Shown piece by piece: positions 60,885 to 64,000 of a stretch of 64,000 nucleotides of DNA. Source of the stretch: Mobula hypostoma (lineage: Eukaryota). The DNA is taken from positions 79,112,001 through 79,176,000 of the forward strand of contig NC_086102.1 of NCBI RefSeq assembly GCF_963921235.1. The letters run 5' to 3'. The notes beneath the pieces were generated by a model. That model had not been told where the DNA came from. It saw only the letters and a program-made list of their open reading frames with translations, and made no database searches. Within the stretch, counting starts at the first letter, position 1; each line of letters begins with the position of its first letter. The position numbers and the translations under genes were made by a program.

Positions 60885-63800
60885 CTGCCTCCAACTCTAG
60901 AACAGGCCACTTCTGGGCCTCCAGTCTTTAGCCCTGGTCTGTCAGACTTCAGGCTTCCAGTCCCTGGCCCAACTTCACAGACTCGTAGATGTTGGGGTTC
61001 TGACCTCTGCTCAAACTGACCTAGGGCTACAACCTTTAGGCCACTACCTCCAGACTCACCGACTTCGATCTTTGGCCTTCTACCTTTGGACTCACTGAGT
61101 ACCGGACTTTGACCTCTAGCTTTGCTCTTTGGACTCTGCAGATGTTGGAATCTGGAGAAACACAAGGTCTACTGGAGTAACTCAGAAGGTCAGGCAGCAT
61201 CTTTCCACCTTCCTGACCATTGGCGGTGCTGAGGGGAATCTTCCATATCAACCTCAGTCTGTCAACTGGGAGACTTTTAGCTGCTAAAATTTCTGTCCAT
61301 TTTGCTGTCTTAACCTCAGAGATACACTCCTGTCCAAGGTCTACATAAAAATATGTGGACTGGATGATGTACCTTTTGCTCTCTAACCTTGCTAGGTCCT
61401 GAGTCCTCATGTGACTCTTGGCCAGATTTATCTAGGAGTAGATCATTTGCTCTTTAAACTTGTTTCACTATTCACCCGGACACTGGAATATTATGGACAT
61501 CATCATCACTACACACCTATATATGGATGCAAAATCTAGGTGATATACTGTCAACACTTCAAGAAGTAGAATGAACAATGAATCTAGAAAATCCCTGGAC
61601 TAATAACAACATCCTTGCTGAAGACACAGTAACCAGCAGTGAAGCAATGTCCCTCTTGCACCAACTCCTCTAGTATGGACATCTTGAGTGATGACAGCTT
61701 CTTACCTCCCAGACAAACTAGTTATTCTTATCTCACCCATGCTCCGAGATCACAGTAAAAGGATATGCTTCATGTGTATTTCAAGAATTCTATTCTAGGC
61801 ATCACAAACTGGAAAGAGCAAGCCATCAATGGGTCTTGAAGGTGTCTCATCCTCTCAGACAATAGCTCTCTTTGAGAAATAGCATGTGACATCAAAGTTG
61901 AAGAGGAGGGGAGCAAACTAACCCAGGTGGATGTCCAGTATTCAAGTTCTACAAATTCAATAACAAATATTGCAGTCATTCAGCAGTGGCGAATCAAATT
62001 TGCAGAATAGTGATAATGCCACAGATTGATATGATTTTATTTACTAGATTGTCCTTGGGTCTGTGGCTTTAAACATCCTCGATCACGTAATTCATTATAA
62101 AGGCCGCTCTTTAGTGAAATCACTGCTCCACTCCTCTGTTACTTTACCAAGATGACATCTACACAACTATTACCTCTGTGTAATCTGCACCCACGTTTCA
62201 GAAGAGATGAAAGTAACATTTGCCGTAAAAACTTCCAACTGAAAAATTAGAAGCTCTGCCACTGCTTACAGAGTCCGTCAACCTACTGCTAATGAGGTAG
62301 TTTAGTAAGTGACCGTTTATTAATGGACCATTAAAGCAATGGTTGAGCAACAATTTTAAGTGCACACTGTGAAAATGATTTTTATTTTCAAGCTGATCCA
62401 GTGGCAAGTTGCCACTGGAAAGTATATTTCTAAACCATAATTTCCTTACATTTTGAAATAAAGCTTTTAGTCAATCAATGTCAAAAGTATTTGTGCTACA
62501 GAAGTATCACTATGACCACCTCTGACTAAAAAGAGGGGCATTACCATCCTTGAATCTCTACCATGGATCTTTGAGTTCACCATTGCCTCACTTTCTGACT
62601 CTCTAAAACATTTCCACAAAAAAAAACAAGACACAAGTCAGTAAAATAGCCTGCACTTTCATGATTGTGTGCAGCTTCAACAATGCTTAAGAATCTTGAC
62701 ACCATCCAGGATGAAGCCGCCTATCTGATTGGCACCATGTTCATTGCCCTGAAAATTCACTGTCTCCTCAAATTTACATCCTGGTTGCATTGTGTATGAC
62801 CTATAAATTTGTACATCAATATCTTACTATTTCTACAACTGCCTCTCCCATACTTGTGACCTTTAAAATCTAAACAAACAGAAACACCCATGACCAGGAA
62901 ATCGTGCAACTTGAAAGATCCCTTCCAAGCTATAATTTCTAACTCTGAAGTTAGTCCATCATTACTGGGTTAAAATCCTGGAACTTAATAATACTTCAAC
63001 ATATATGAGTTCAAAGCAATGGCATTGCACCAGGGGTTATTAAAGATGAACTATATATACTGGTCTTGCCAGTGATACCTGCATCCCATAAGGGAATAAT
63101 AAGAATTCATTCAGAAACTCTATTGCCTCCATTGGTGGGAGGTTATAATTGCAGCATGGCCAAACTGCCATTTTAAGTGAGGATATAAGAATTTGCATTG
63201 CCAAATATCAACAGCATTGTAGAAGCAAATGATGTTTAATTCTTAGATATATATGTACATACTCATTAGCAAGAGAAAGAACTCCATTAAGCTGGACAAT
63301 GAATTAGAGTCTAGCTTATTATTAGCCATTGAGTAAAAACGGGTGTTGGAAATCCAAAATATAATCAGCTAATGCTGGCGATGTTGAGCAAAATTATATG
63401 CTTTCCTTAACTCTGCTCTTGCTTTACTTGACCCATCTCTCCTCTTGCATTGACTCAATATTGGAAGTGAGAAAAGAATAAAATGAGTTTGAGTAGGATT
63501 ACTTTAAAAATCGATTTGGTACTTGATATGAACTCAGTGGGCCAACAGAGAACTTCCATGGTATATATCTCTGTGACTCATACAGAATGGAATACTTACT
63601 GACCTAGTCAATATTCATTTCTAGATCATAAAAATAGATAATTACATATTACAATTCTGAATAGTGCTGTGTACAACCTAACCCTTGTTATCCTCACATT
63701 ATGACAATGATCCCATTCCAAACACACTCTAGAGGTCACTGGAATATCCTGAGATCAGGAAAGATAATTTATCATAAAGAAAGAACTCTAATAATATCAA

Positions 63801-64000
63801 CATTTGCCAATTATAGTTCCATAGTAGCCTACTGCATTTTAGCATTTGAGTTTTTATTGCTGGACAGTAAAAGGAGTGGTGATTTAGCAATATTATATGG
63901 CTTTCCACCCCTTTCTTCTCAGTGCAAGGATCATAACCTGCAAAATTGTTAAATTAATGTTCTGTGCACCCAAATACATTAGTTGGTAAACAAATTTCTT

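Noticed and set aside
60518-61165. Long Cys/Val- and His/Thr-rich ORFs
   Set aside because: Translations of the (CA)n microsatellite.
56401-64000. Final REPS2 coding exon (ERIALE..LEQLRP-like)
   Set aside because: Not found by eye; probably downstream of the window.

Overview
Eukaryotic, intron-rich vertebrate DNA. The repeat content (Rex1/Babar, CR1, Penelope-like, V-SINE/HE1-like, Tc1) suggests a cartilaginous fish, probably a ray or skate; this is an inference. The + strand carries nine internal coding exons (14604-56400) of a REPS2/POB1 orthologue that splice into one open frame: ENVAAETVPDTLPASTLQQPELHFQDNSDLSQNKNVDSKQIPEECQTTEDVFSLSKAGCRELESSQKRKTRPRSYSSTSAENAIKKGEVPPTPPPRLPKTHSRASSLDLNKLFQQGNQVVTSDWLQPPPAIPPRPPTAKIAPFPAKADINNLSTKPQEKIQQPNFADFSKFSEQARKGPLTELVNKPSSLGEEKSSSVKDTTHRQPPLKPLRRKLRPRDQGECQEQLTQRITASGPNAKPHQQSQKISSKQKKSIQTAIRKNKEANMILVRLNGELQQQFK. 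I did not find the EH-domain exons or the last exon in the window. The introns hold an uninterrupted L1 ORF2 3' end, many Rex1/Babar and CR1 fragments, a Tc1 transposon, a Gypsy remnant, SINEs and MITEs. The most notable non-obvious signal is about ten copies of a minimal type I hammerhead ribozyme motif (AGTC-CTGANGA-stem II-GAAAC-GTC^GACT) in Penelope-like pseudo-LTRs. Several of these form short fold-back insertions with 13-14 bp target-site duplications inside Rex1/Babar LINEs, and two lie sense to the pre-mRNA within 560 nt of each other. Most ORFs in the supplied track are TE fragments or noise. TE boundaries are approximate unless a TSD or TIR is given. Family assignments come from motif recognition, not database searches.
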